Below, one piece after another: positions 25,471 to 39,552 of a DNA stretch of 64,000 nt. Under the pieces are notes generated by a model. That model saw only the letters and a list, made by a program, of their open reading frames with translations. It searched no databases and was not told the DNA's origin. Location: positions 149,174,001 to 149,238,000 of the forward strand of contig CM059432.1 in assembly GCA_030390025.1 (NCBI GenBank), written 5' to 3'. The DNA comes from Squalus acanthias (taxonomy: Eukaryota). How positions within the stretch are numbered: the first letter of the stretch is position 1; the number at the start of each line of letters is the position of its first letter. Made by a program: the position numbers and the translations under genes.

Positions 25471-27169
25471 AGAGGGTCTTTTACCGACGCCAGCATGGCT
25501 CTGAACCGGTGGAGAGCGGTAAGTGCTGCAGCAGGCAGGGTGCAGGCCTGTTCCTCAACCCGTCCCCCCCAACTTAACACCCTCTGCTCGTTAGGCAATT
25601 GGTGAGCTATTTAATTGTGCTCATTACTGTACTAATTATACAACTATTTAAAAGCAGTTGAGTGGCCTGCGCGCAACCTCCAGACTGCTGCGCAGCCTTG
25701 CTGCTTAACGGGAACGTTAGTGTGAGGCCTTCAACAGCTCACCAAAACTTAAGTGGCCCTCCAGCCCACATAATTGCCCACCCCTGAGCTACAGTGTACT
25801 CTTCCTCCTACAGTTCTTATGCTTTTTAAACTCAAGCTTGTCATCAAATCATGACTTCGTAATTTACCTCTTAAACTGTAATGTCTTACATTATGGGCCT
25901 TATCCTTCACTTTGGTTTCTCAATTTAAAAAAAACAAAAACATTTTAAGCCAAGAAAAACATTGGTTGGAGAATACCGAAAGTATGTGAAGGAAATGGGA
26001 ACAAATCAATGCTGGAGGATCCGATTGCGAAGAAAAGTGAACCAGTTTTCTAGAAAATGCAAATTTACAGTGTGAAAGCAAGTGTAATGACCATGCTGAC
26101 ATTGCGATGCATGGTGCAGAGAACTGTAGTGATGAGGGTTGCTTGCACTCGTACCTGCAGGGTGTCTACAACATGATGTGGGTGTCTGTGTCTCTGTCTG
26201 CCATATTTTTGTCTGTATAAGTAGTTTACGTTGGAAGATTTATAGCTGTAACAGCAACCCTGTCACTTTGGTGTAAACTATGTTTTACTTGTATTTGAAT
26301 TCAGTATTTATCTGAAATTACTTGAGCTCAGTGTTTTCTAAACAATTCTGGAATAAATCATCTTTATGTTTATATATCACTAATCACCATGCCTCAGTGC
26401 CTAAATGGGAGCTATTAGGAATTATGTGAGAGAATACATTTGTTCAAAACCACCAATTGGCTGTTATATTTGATACAAAATATTGATGGATTTCTACAAC
26501 TCTAGTGTAATAAATTAACCGGGGTACAAGTGGACTCCTAGTTGCGCAGGTAATTTCCTCGTGCCTTCTCCTGCTCCGCCAAAGTGACTGGCGAAGCGGG
26601 AAAAGCCTCAAGGATATTCCCAGCACGAGTGTTTGACTTCTATATATTTAACTTTAACTGACCTAAGTGCCAATTATTTCACCAATGTCCATTCACCAGT
26701 TCTCTGTTAATTCACTACTTTGCCATTCACTGGCAAAAATAGGTCTTGCGGGGAGGGCAGTTCTTTCAAAAGCGTGAAAATAAAGTACAATAACAATTTA
26801 ATCTCATTTTTGAGATTGTATCTGTTCATAACTCCTGTCTCTGATCTTTGCTTGCTCACTTCCATGGCATGTTTTAATGCAGTATGTACAACTTGGACCC
26901 TGCTGTGGGTAGGGAAGTTGTATGTGAGCAGCTTTCTGTTTTTTGATCTGGTGTCAAAGTTAAGCATTTGTAGATTGGAGACAGCTAAGGTCAGCTGCTG
27001 ACTAAAGCTATGCAATAGCCCTGCTGTGTGCCTTGACCAAAACCTCAGAAGAGACACTGCTATGGCACCGTGCTTTGCATTTTCTTAAACAACCATTCTT
27101 GGTGCTTCTGAGTAAGGCTGTTGATCTAGTGATAAATTATGAATTAAAAAAGAAACTGAAAATTCTGGA

Positions 27170-30100
27170 GAGAAAGAACTTGCATTTATATAGCGCCTTT
27201 CATGTCCTCCAGATGTCTCAATGCTAAATAGTCAATGAAGTACTTTTGAAGTGCAGTCACTGTTGTAATGTAGGCCAACACAACAACCAATTTGCACGCA
27301 GCAAGGGTCCACAGAAAGCAATGACAAAAAAAAAAGAAACTGTTTTAGTAATATTGGTTGTGGGATCAATGTTGGCCATGGTCGGGTACAGTAGCATAGT
27401 GGTTATTTTACTGGACAAGTAACCCAGAGGCCTGAACTTACAACTAACTGCCATTTCAGAGGGCAGATTATATCAAACCACTATAATAAAGGACAAAAAG
27501 AATAAAACCAGATTGATCACTCGCATCGACCTAGGCGTTGGATTCCGACATGACAAAGGCACACCCAGCCCAGTTGACCCTGCAAAGACCTCCTCACTAA
27601 CATCTGGGGATTTGTGCCGAAATTGGGAGAGCTGTCCCGCAGACTGACAGTCATACTCATATAATCATAGCTATCAGCCAACGTCCCAGACTCCTCCATC
27701 ACCATTCCTGGGTACGCCCTGTCCCACCGTAGGACAGACCCACCAGAGGGCCCTGGGAGTCCTCAACATTAACTCCTAACCCCATGAAGTCTCAGTGCCT
27801 GCTGATTACCACCTACCGCCCTCAGCTGATGAATCCATGTTGAACACCACTTGGAAGAAGCACTGCGGGTAGCAAGGGCACAGAATGTATTCTGGATGTG
27901 GGATTCCAATGTCCATCACCAAGAGTGGCTTGGTAGCACCATTACTGACCGAGCTAGCCGAGTCCTGAAGGACACAGCTGCCAGACTGGGCTTGCGGTAG
28001 GTGGTGAGGGCAAAACCTACTTGATCTTGTCCTCCCTAGTCTACCTGTTGCAGATGTATTTGTCCATTACAGTATTGGTAGGAGTGACCACAGCACAATC
28101 CTTGGGAAGATGAAGTCCCGTCTTCACACTTCCCTCCATCGTGTTGTGTGGCACTACCACCGTGCTAATTGTGATAGATTTGGAACAGATCTAGCAGCTC
28201 AAAACTGGGCATCCATGCAGTGCTGTGGGCTATCGTCACCAGCAGAATTGTATTCCACCACATGGCCCGGCACATCCCTCAATCTACCATTACCATCAAG
28301 CCAGGTGACCTACCCTGGTTCAACGAGGAATGTAGAAGAGCATGCCAGGAGCAGCATACCTAAAAATGAGGTGCCGGCCTGGTAAGGCTGCAACACAGGA
28401 CCACATGCATGCGACACAGCGGAAGCAGCACATTATAGACAGAGCTAAGCGATTCCACAACCAAGGGATCTGATCAAAGCTCTGCAGTCCTACCACATCC
28501 GGTCGTGAATGGTGGTGGATAATTACACATCTAATAGGAGGAGGAGGAGGCTCCATGAGCATCCCCATCCTCAACGATGGCAGAGCCCAGCACATGTGTG
28601 CAAAAGATAAAGATGAAGTGTTCGCAACCATTTTCAGCCAGAAGTGCCAAGTGGATGATCCATCTCGGCCTCCTCCCAAGGTTCCAACCATCATGGAAGC
28701 CAGCCTTCAGCCAATTAGATTCATTCCACATGACATCAAGAAATGGCTGAGTGCACTGCATGCAGCAAAGACTTTGGACCCTGACAATATCCCAGCTGCA
28801 TGCTGAAGACTTGTGCTCCAGAACTAACCTTGCCTCGAGCCAGTACAGCTACAACACTGGCATCTACCCGACAAAGTGAAAAATTGCCCAGGTATGTCCT
28901 GTCCACAAAAATTGAAGTCAGTGGGAATCGGGGAAAACTCTCCAGTAGCTGGAGTCATACCTAGCACAAAGGAAGATGGTTGTTGTTCTTGCAGGCCAAT
29001 CATCTCAGCCCCTGGACATCACTGCAGGAGTTTCTCAGGGCAGTGTCCTCGGCCCAACTATCTTCAGCTGCTTCATCAATGACCGTCCCTCCATCATAAG
29101 GTCAGAAGTGGGGACATTCGCTGATAATTGCAGTGTTCTGTTCCGTTCGCAATTCCTCAGTTTGTGCCCGCATGGAGCAAGACCTGGACAACAACATCCA
29201 GGCTTGGGCTAATAAGTGGCAGGTAATATTCGTGCCACACAAGTGCCAGGCAATAATTATCTCCAATAAGAGAGAGTCTAACCATCTCCCCTTGACATTC
29301 AATGGCATTATCATCATCTAATTCCCCCATCAACATCCTGGGGGTCACCATTAACCAAAAACTTAACTGTACCAGCCACATAAATACTGTGGCTAAAAGA
29401 GCAGGTCAGAGGCTGGGTATTCTGTGGCGAGTGACTCGCCTCCTGACTCCCTAAAGCCTTTTCACCACCTACAAGGCACAAGTCAGGAGTGTGAAGAATA
29501 CTCTCCACTTTCCTAGATGAGTGCAGCTCCAACAACACTCGAAGCTCGACACTATCCAGGACAAAGCAGCCCGCTTGACTGGCACCCCATCCACCACCTT
29601 AAACATTCACTCCCTCCACCACCGGCGCAGTATGGCTGCAGTGTGTACCATCGACAAGATGCACTGCAGCAACTCACCAGTTCTTCTTTGACAGTACCTC
29701 CCAAATCCGCGACCTCTACCATCTGGAAGGACAAGGGCAGCAGGCACCAAGGAACACCACCACCTCCAAGTTCTCCTCCAAGTCACACGCCATCCTGACT
29801 TGGAAATATATCGCTGTTCCTTCATTGTCGCTTGGTCAAATCGTGGAACTCTCTCCCCAACAGCACTGTTGGGAGTGCCTTCACCACATGGATTGCAGCG
29901 GTTTAAGAAGGCGGCTCTCCACCACCTTCTTGAGGGAAATTAAGGATGGGCAATAAATGCTGGCTTTGCCAGTGACGCCCACATCCAGTGAATGAATAAA
30001 AAAAAATAAAGCACATTTGGAGGACTTCCCTGCTGTTTCAATAGTGCCATGGAATTTTTACATCCAGGCAGGCGGGGCCTCGGTCTAATGTCTCTTCTGA

Positions 30101-30216
30101 AAGGCAGTACCTCTGACCAGCACGCCCATACTATTTTACTGAAGTGTTAGCCGAAATGAGATATTCTTGTCTTCGGAGTGGGCCTTGAACTCTGGACCTT
30201 CTGATTCCGAGACAAG
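27170..30216 (-). mobile_element. Deu-domain SINE split in two (27170-27378 and about 30010-30216) by a LINE insertion
   Basis: The two parts are consecutive segments of the SINE consensus seen at 6375-6804. Confidence 0.7.
27380..30005 (+). mobile_element. Decayed CR1-group LINE of a second lineage (possibly Zenon/Crack-like)
   Basis: RT motifs GVSQGSVLGPTIFSCFIND, FADN, W..KWQV.F.PHKCQ; 3' end caataaatgctggc...gaatgaataaaaaa. Confidence 0.8.
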
Positions 30217-30759
30217 ACCAACTGTTGACACCAGAATGTAATGATGCATGATAGACATAGAGAGTGTCCAGCAGGTCAGTCAGCATCTGTATTTTTAGCA
30301 TTTTCTGTTTATTAATAAATTATAGATGGTTTGGTGTAGATTGTCAGCCGTTTGGAATTGGATTAAAATTGCAGAACTGTTTACTGCACTTATGACCTTT
30401 GTTCATGAGTTAAATAAGGTTTTTAAAAGTAGGTGAGGATTTGGGGAAGAGATGAAAGATCCTCTTTGTATTGATTGCATTAATTGGATCCCATTGCTAT
30501 AATTGACACCATCCTGTGATTAAGAAATATTTTCTATTAAATCTACACAGTCACAAGTCACTCCCACTTCATAACTAATATTGTATTCTGTACTGTGGTG
30601 TGGGGTGTGATTCATTTTGGAATGATCTCATGTAGGAACGTTCATTCCCTTTGAAAGTTAAATATGACCTTATTAGGCAAAGTTTCTGATAAAACTGCAG
30701 TAACTAAATGGTAACAGTACTGTTATGAAATGGGATATGCTTTTCAAATCAAATTTCAT

Positions 30760-32730
30760 AGAATCTGAAATTTACAGCACAGGAGGCCATTCGGCCCATC
30801 ATGTCTGTGCCGGCTGAAAAAGATCTATCCTCCTAATCCCACTTTCCAGCTCTTGGTCTGTAGCCCTGTAGGTTACGGCACTTCAACTGCATATCCAAGT
30901 CCTTTTTAAATGCGATGACGGTTTCTGCCCCCACCACCCTCTGGGTGAAAAAAGTTCTCCTCAACTCCCCTCTAATCCTTCTCCCAATTACTTGAATTCT
31001 AAGCCCTCTGGTTATTGACCTCTCTGTTAAGGGAAATAGGTCCTTCCTATCCATTCTATCTAAGCCCCTCATAATTTTATACACCTCAATTAAGTCTCCC
31101 CTCAGCTTCCTCTGTTCCTAAGAAAACAACCCCAGCCTATCCAATTTTTCCTCATAGCTAAAATGCTCCAGTCTTGGCAACATCCTCGTAAATCTCCTCT
31201 GTACCCTCTCTAGTGCAATCACATCTTTCCTGCAATGTGGTGACCAGAACAGAATGCAGTACTCTAGCTGTGGCCTAACTAGTGTTGTTTTATACTGTTC
31301 AAGCATAACCTCTCTGCTCTTGTATTCTATGCCTCGGTTAATAAAGGAAAGTATCCTGTATGCCGCCTTAACCACCTTATCTAACTGTCCTGCTACCTTC
31401 AGGGATTTGTGGACATGCACTCCAAGGTCCCTCTGTTCCTCTTCACTTCTCAGTATCCTACCATTTATTGTGCTTTCGCTTGCCTTGTTAGCCCTCCCCA
31501 AATGCATTACCTTGCATTTCTCCGGATTGAATTCCATTTGCCACTTTTCTGCCCACATGACTTGTCCATTGATATCTTCCTGCAGTCTGCAGCTTTCTTC
31601 CTCATTATCAACCACGTGGCTAATTTTTGTATCAACTGCAAACTTCTTAATCATGCCCCCTACATCAAAGTCTAAATCATTGATATGTACTACAAAAAGC
31701 AAGGGACCTAGTACAAAAGCAAAATACTGCGGATGCTGGAAATCTGAAATAAAAACAGAAAATGCTGGAAATATTCAGCAGTTCAGACAGCATCTGTGGA
31801 GAGAGAAACAGAGTTAACGTTTCAGGTCGATGACCCTTGCTAAGGGACCTAGTACTGAGCTCTGCGGAACCCCACTGGATCAGCCTTCCAGTCACAAAAA
31901 CACCTGTCGACCATTACCCTTTGCTTCCTGCCACTGAGCCAATTTTGGATCCAACTTACCACTTGTCCTTGGATCCCATGGGCTTTTACTTTTCTGACCA
32001 GTCTGCCACGTGGGACCTTGCTAAAAGCCATGTAGACTACATCAAACGCGCTACCCTCATCGACCCTCCTTGTTGCCTCCTTAAATAAATCAAGTTAGTC
32101 AGGCACGACTTTCCCTTAACAATCCATGTTGACTGTCCTCGATCAATCTGTGCCTTTCTAAATTATGATGATTTATACTGTCCCTCAGAATTTTTTCCAC
32201 TAATTTGCCCACCACAGAGGTTAGGCTGACTTGCCTGTAATTACTCAGTTTATTCTTTTCTCCCTTTTTAAACAGCAGTGCAATGTTCGCAGTCCTCTGA
32301 CACCACACGTGTAGCCGGAGAGGACTGGAAAATGATGGTCGGAGCCACCGCTGTTTCCTCCCTTGCTTCTTTTAACAGCCTGGGATACATTTCATCTGGG
32401 TCTGGTGACTTATCCACTTTCAAAGATGCTAAAACCCTAAATATTTCCCCCTCTCTCTATTTATTTCATCCAATATTTCACATTCCTTAACTACGTCTGC
32501 ATCGCCTTTCTCTTTTTTGTGAAGACAGACGCAAAGTATTCATTAAGAACTATACCCACATCTTCTGCCTCAATGCGCAGGTTACCTTTTTGGTCTCTAA
32601 TAGGCCCTACTCTCCTTGCTCTTTATGTATTTATAAAAGATCTTTGGGTTATCCTTGATTTTAATTGCTAATATTTTTTCATGCCCTCTCTTTGCTTTCC
32701 TAATCGCCTTTTTAATTTCACCCCAGTAGT
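30760..32730 (-). mobile_element. CR1 LINE, 3' half with RT
   Basis: NYRQVSLTS, AFSKVP, INDLD, KWQMEFNPEKC, LVRPQLEYC, FFTQRVV. Confidence 0.9.
31715..31841 (-). mobile_element. Family B Penelope-like fragment inserted in a CR1 LINE, 14-bp TSD
   Basis: AAGGGACCTAGTAC at 31701-31714 and 31842-31855; truncated inside the hammerhead core. Confidence 0.8.
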
Positions 32731-34191
32731 TTTTTGTGTGTATGTGTTTTTAAATTTTTTTAAATCAAGAAAGAAGAACCTGGTCGTGCAGAGTTGAGAA
32801 GTCCGAAGCATTTTGTAGTAACTTGGCAGTCAGCAGTACACCACCCACCGATTCATACTAGGAGTGTTGTGCTTGTTTTGATAAACATACTCTTGTGTCA
32901 TGGCAACCAATGGATATTAAACTGTTGAAATAAATGCACTATTCTTGCAGTGTGATCATTGAGGACCAAATATTTTGTGTGCTCGAATGATCTGTGCATT
33001 TGTGTTACTTACTCATAAAATAGCAGAGCAGTTACAAAAAGCCAGCAACCAAGTTCCAGTACCTTTTTTATATTTTTCGAGAGTTCTCAAGAATGAGCGC
33101 CGGGTGTAATTACAAGTCATAAAAATGGTTCCAGTTTAATGTACTTGCACTTATTGCATCTTGCATAACTCCAAGCTGCTATTGTGCTCAACGAGCCCCA
33201 GCTTGCTCAGATTACATTTTTCAGCCGATTCCCCAGAACGAACACACGCTTCCTTGTTTTACTGTTGAAACTATCTTAATGATTGGATCTCAGGAATTGA
33301 ATATTTTATCAATCTGGTTGACTTGATAAAGAGGTTAGTTTGGCTGTTCAGTTTGAATCAGATTCCTGTTGTGATCACCCCTGTGTAATGGATGCTTGTA
33401 TTACTGCTCCCCTCACAAGGTGTTGCTAATGCAGCATTTTTAATGCAAGGCAGAGCTCTGATTTAATGATTAATGAAACATCCTTTTCAGTTTTAAGTAT
33501 GCAGACAACGAATTCCAGATTGGCAGCAGTGTAAGGAGACCCATTTCAGGGATAGTTAGGTGCCTTGCAGTATGAAATTGCGAGCAAGGTTTGTGATCTT
33601 GAGTCACTATTGCGCCTCTTGTGTTGCCTGGTGGTATTCTAATTAACTATTCTTTATATGTCTGCACATGGCCAGCTTTAATATCCAGTCATTATACCCG
33701 TGGTGAATATATCAAGATCCAGTAACCATCTCTAGTATGTTAGTTGATGAATCGGATGGGTATAAAATAGCTTTTGTGTGTCAATGGTGAGAGAACCCAC
33801 CAGACCCTTTGGTAGTGGAAGGAACGAATGGTTGTTTCTCTACCAGGGTATGGAATTCTTAGGGTCTTATAAGATCGTCCTTCATTGGCAGGGTTCTTGT
33901 GCCATTCTTTCCTGGCACATGGGTCCCGCACATTCGGCAACAATCTCAATGTAAACTTGCTGGATTTGCTATGGCCTGTTGCCAAGAAGACCTTGATTAA
34001 AGAAGACACTGCAAGTACCCCTTCAGGCCAGTTTCAAAACCAGCTTCAGTATTTTGTTTGAATGGAGACCAGGTGCTGTTTCAGACTCAGCATTTGAATG
34101 CTGAAGGAAGATCAAAGTAAAGGTAACTAATTTGTAAAAATGGGCTGCGTCTGATTGCAACTGTATTTGGGGAGGGAGCCTAGTAAAAGAA

Positions 34192-34408
34192 ACAAAAGAA
34201 AGACTTAGATTTTTTAGCGCCTTTCACGTCCTCATGCTGTCGCAAAGCGCTTTATAGCCAATGAAGTACTTTTGAAGTGTAGTCACTGCTGTAATGTCGG
34301 AAACGAGGCAGCCAATTTGAACACAGCAAGCTCTCTCAAACAACGTGATGCCGACCAGGTAATCTGTTTTCGTATTGTTGATTGAGGGACAAATATTGGC
34401 TAGGACAA
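34192..34408 (-). mobile_element. Deu-family SINE 3' fragment
   Basis: Matches 6375-6565. Confidence 0.7.
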
Positions 34409-36084
34409 TAGTAGTGTGTGCACTTTGGAGGGTGAAGTGATCTAAGCAGCTCATGTACTTTCTGGTGGTTAATATGCCGTGTTGGCAAGAGGTCAGGGCA
34501 CTGTCATCTGCAATGTGTTTACAGCTAGGAAAGATTATATTTTAGGATATAGAACATTGGGAAATTTTCTACTTTTATTAAGGCTGAGCCTCCTTATTGT
34601 AGAGGTGGTTTCTTCCATTCTTCCATTTCCCTCATTTGAGTGTCCTTACGTCACATATTGCCCCAGGCAATCAGCAGGTTAGTGTAAGGTGTCTACAAAA
34701 CTAGCTGCATAGTAATACTGCAGAATGGCCTGGGATGAATCGTCCACTGACTTTTCTCCTCTCTTTTCCCCCTTACTTTTAGTGAAGCGTCATATTACCT
34801 GAGCAGTTACCAGTGTAGGTTTTTAGATGCAAGGCAGCGTCACTTATTGTGTGGACAACATTGTGGATGTATGTTGGGTAATAAAATTAGGTACCATTGT
34901 ATCTTTTTCTAATTAAATGTTTACTCTAGTTTGCTTTTTTTTTAAAAACTCAATTTATTTTCTGTCTGTAATACAAGTTTCACCACAAGCACATCTAGCT
35001 GTGTGTGTATTGGCCAGAGAACTTCAGCACAAAGCAGTTCAGCTGCAGTTAGCTAACTGACCAGTGAAGTCACTGTGGAGCAGATTTTTTAATTCGTGCT
35101 TATATAAACTGTACGACAGGGTGCATTTGGTGCAGCAAAGAAAGATGTCTCTCTGAATTTGCTCCGTATGGAGATCTGAAGAAATCACATTAAGGCACCA
35201 GTGAGTCAGAGATTTCCAATCGCATATTGCAAGCTCTAAAGCTCTGGCAAGTTATGGCGGTGCGGCATTTGAATTTCTGCATAAAAGGGACAGAACAGAA
35301 GCAGAGTGTGAGTCAATAGCTTTGCAGCCTGGGTCTTGGGAGAGCGAGGCAACCAAGCCACTCTGCCCCATTTATTTTGTCAAGTACAACCAGTTTTCCT
35401 GTAAGTCAACTGCAGGGCTGATGGTGACATTTTGACATGCGGTATGTTACGACATTGCACCATTACATCACTATGAAGGTAATGAGTAAATATATCTGCG
35501 ATTACATCACAATGCAACATTATGATGTTGCCACCAAAACGCGCTGCTGTAGTTATTGACGCCAGTTAGATTGGGGCAGCCCAAGAATGGACCTTTCTGG
35601 CCACTAATTTATTTTTTGAAAAGAATGCGACTGCTGCCAACAAAGTAAAGTAGTTGCGTGTGCGCAGTTCCAGTTGTGTTTGGGTTTTTCAAGCCGGACT
35701 TCCCACAGGTTGGTGAGAGAAAGGAGGGGAGGGGGTGGGGAAAAGTGATCGCTGCTACCGAACTGAGCCGTCTCAAGAAAAGAAAAGAAAAATTAAAAGT
35801 TGAATTTGTTTCTGTCGGCTTATGAAAGTTAACATTTATGCACAGAATTTAACAATACATTTCATCCTGCACATCTCTGAAATTCGACTATTAGTCATCC
35901 ATTGCATTGGTTGAGCATTTACTTCTGTAAGGAAGTTAGCTGGCACTTCAGTTACCATTAGTATTGAATTTCTTTTTTTCCCTGAAGTAATTGCTTCCAA
36001 GTTTGGTAGATCGGGGATGTTAGGATTCTTTTAAAAATGTAATTCGACATTTTTCATTAATGTGTAATTTTTTTTTTCTTACAG

Positions 36085-36114
36085 TTGGATGAGAAGGCTG
36101 AATCGTTTTCTCGG
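36085..36114 (+). CDS. LRRFIP2: LRRFIP2 30-nt small exon (LDEKAESFSR)
   Basis: tttttttcttacag|TTG GAT GAG AAG...CGG|gtgagt; resembles human LDEKSDKQYAENYTR. Confidence 0.87.
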
Positions 36115-39100
36115 GTGAGTAATGAGGTGTCATAGTGATCTCTGTATTCTGTTGATAGTGTCAACTCCATTGAGGGCTGAAGAAATAGTTCGCAAAGTTA
36201 CATATTTGGCACAGAGTTAGTGTTCAACTACTTGTGTGTAAAGTCAGTGGAAACTCATGGTATAGCTCATATTTTCTTATTTAAAACATTTTCAAGTCAT
36301 TAAGTTTTTAGTTAAAGCATCAGTATTGGAGCTGTGTTTCAGAATTATATTGAATAATCCTCTTAATTTTGTACCATTTATTAAACACCTTGAAATGATT
36401 TATTTCAGTCGTAGGAAGTTTAAGCTGTTTAGGTAATACACCATTTCAGCCAGTGGAGGCTGTGTTGCGACTATAGAACTTTGTTTCACCTTCAGTCAGT
36501 TTGAAAAGGAACAGCTTCATGTCGATTCAAGATATCCACGTAACAAAATACTGAAGTGGCTTTTGAGGAATAGGTAGTTCTTTTCCCAGCATCCATAGTG
36601 GCAGAGAAACCGCTGTCTCCTTGGAGTTGAATACCGTACATGTACATTTAGGCGCAATGCTAAAAGTGGCAGGCCCAAGATAATTTGGGGACAGCAAGGG
36701 GAAATGTTGCTGATCCGGACTCTGTTTAACTGAGTGAACGCAGAGCCACATTAAGAATTCTTGGGGCCCTGGGCATATGATGGAAAAGTGGAAGAGTACA
36801 AAAGCAACATTCAACTTTAGAAAAACAGATTTTGACGGGTGAGTTAAGGAAGCTGAACTGGGCAGCACCATTAAATGAGAAAAGCACAGGGGAAAAATGG
36901 ATCATGTTTACACATACACAGTGCAGGACAGATACAGACTTCTGGGGAAGTACCTAGGAACGTTGGAACAGGAGTAGGCCATTTAGCCCCTTGAGCCTGT
37001 TCCGCCATTCAATGAGATCGTGGCTGATCTGTGACCTAATTCCATGTACCTGCCTTTTCCCCATATACATTAATACTTTTGGTTAACAGAAATCTATCAC
37101 TCTCGGATTTAAAATTAACAATTGATCTAGAATCAATTGCCCTTTGCAGAAGAGAGTTCCAAACTTCTACCACCCTTTGTGTGTAGAAGTGTTTCCTAAC
37201 TTAGCTCCTGAAAGACCTGGCTCTAATTTTTAGACTATGCCCCCTAGTCCTAGAATCCCCAACCAGCAGAAATAGTTTCTCTCTATCTACCCTATCAGTT
37301 CCCCTTAATATCTTGAAAACTTAGATCAGATCGCCCCTTAAACTTCTAAATTCTAGGGAATACAACCCTAATTTGTGTAATCTCTCCTCGTAATTTAACG
37401 CTTGGAGTCCAGCTATCATTCTGGTAAATCTACTCTGCACTCCCTCCAAGGCCAGTATATCCTTCCTAAGGTGTGGTGCCCAGAACTGCTCATAATACTC
37501 CCAGGTGTGGTCTAACCAGGGCTCTGTATAGCTGTAGCCGAACCTCTCTCCCCTTGTATAGTCGTCCTCTGGATATGAAGGCCAGCTTTCCATTAGCCTT
37601 TTTGATTGTCTTCTGTACCTGTCCATGATATTTTAATGATCTCTGTAGTTGGACCCTTAAATTTCTTTGGTCCTCAACTGTTTCTAGCTTTCCACCATTT
37701 AGAAAGCACTCTGTTTGGACCTATGCTTTTTAGGTATAAAGTGGATGATCTCATACTTGCCTGCATTGAAATCTATTTGCCACAGTTTTGCCCATTCACT
37801 TAATCTATCAATATCTCTTTGTAATTTTATGCTTCCATCTACACTGCTTACAATGCCGTCTATCTTTGTGTCATTGGCATACTTTGATATGTGGCTCTCT
37901 ATCTCATCATCTAAGTTGTTAATAAATACGGTGAATAGTTGAGGCCCCAACACAAATCTTTGCGGGACACCACTAGTCACATCCTGCCAATTAGATACCT
38001 GCCCATTATCCCTACTCTCTGGTTCCTGCCGCTCAGCCCATTTCCTAACCAGGTCAATAATTTGCCTTCAATTCCATGAGCTTCAACTTTAGCTAATAGT
38101 CTCTTATGAGGGACTTTATCAAATGCTTTCTGGAAGTCCATATAAATAACATCCATAGACATTCCCCTGTCCACTACTTCAATCATCTCTTCAAAAAAAA
38201 AAATTCAATCAGGTTCGTCAGGCATGAGCTATCCTTTACAAATCCATGCTGGCTCTCTGATCAGCTGAAAATTTTCAAGGTGCTCAGTCACTCTATCCTT
38301 AGTTATAAACTCTTGTAATTTCATGACAACAGACGTTAGGCTAACTGGTCTATAATTCCCTGGTTTCCTTCTCTCGCCTTTCTTAAATTGTGGAGTGACA
38401 ATGCACAATTTTCCAATCTAAAGGAATGGTTCCTGAATGGAGAGAACTTTGGAAGATTATAGTTCGGGCATCTGCAATGTTCTCACCTACTTCCTTTTAA
38501 ACCCTGGGATGGAAACCATCTGGTCCTGGGGATTCGTCATTAGTGCCATTATTTTCTTCATTACTGTTATTTTGCTTATGCTAATTTTGGTGAGGCCCGT
38601 TCTTGATTCAGTATTCGTTTCCTTGGGATGTCCGGCATACATTCCTCTACTGTAAATACTGACGCAAAGTAATAATTCCGCATGTCCGCAATTTCCTTAT
38701 TTTCATTGACAATATCACCGTTATCAATTTTCAAGGGCTCCTGACCACCCTCTTTATCCTAATATAATTTGGAAATTTTTTTTTGTTAATTTTGATATCC
38801 CGTGCAAGTTTCTTTTCATACTCCCTTTTTGTAGCTCTTACTATCTTTTTTGTCACCTTTTATTGTTCTTTGTATCTCCTAGTTGCCAGGATCTGTGCTT
38901 GTTTTTGTATGCTTTTTCTTTTAGTTTAATGTTGTCCCTTACCCCTTTAGTTGTCCATGGCTGCTTTTTTTTGTCAAGTAGTGCTCTTGCCCCTCAGGGA
39001 TATAAACTGTTTCTGTATCAAATTAAATTCTTTTTTGAACAGCTCCCACTGATCGTCTTCTGTCATTTTACCCGTTAACAGATTTGCCCAGTTTACTGTG

Positions 39101-39552
39101 CACAGTCTCTGTCTCATCGCGTTGAAGTCAGCCTTGCCTAAATTTAGAATCTTAGTCGATGTTTCTCGCTTCTCCCTTTGAAACCCCCACGTTGAACTCG
39201 ATCATATTGGCCCGGACTTTGCGGTCACTGGCGAAGTGACGCCGCTCGTTGCTGACTTCTAAAGAAAGCTGCCCACAAAAATCTAGCAATCTCTGGAGTT
39301 GATTTCCCGACAATAGTTTGATTCTGGCGCCAACTCTAGGGGATCTCCAGCGTCCAGCATTAGTGATGTCATCAAGCAGGCTAAGCAGCCGATCATGTTG
39401 AAGAATTCTCACAGACAGCAAACTGGAAGTAAAATGCACTGATTACCCTTCACTGTTTATAAATTTTAAATTATACATTATAAATTCTACCCATAAAGTC
39501 TCCACTGCCTGCTTACCTCTCGTTATATCCTCTGTTATCATTGAAGTGGTCA

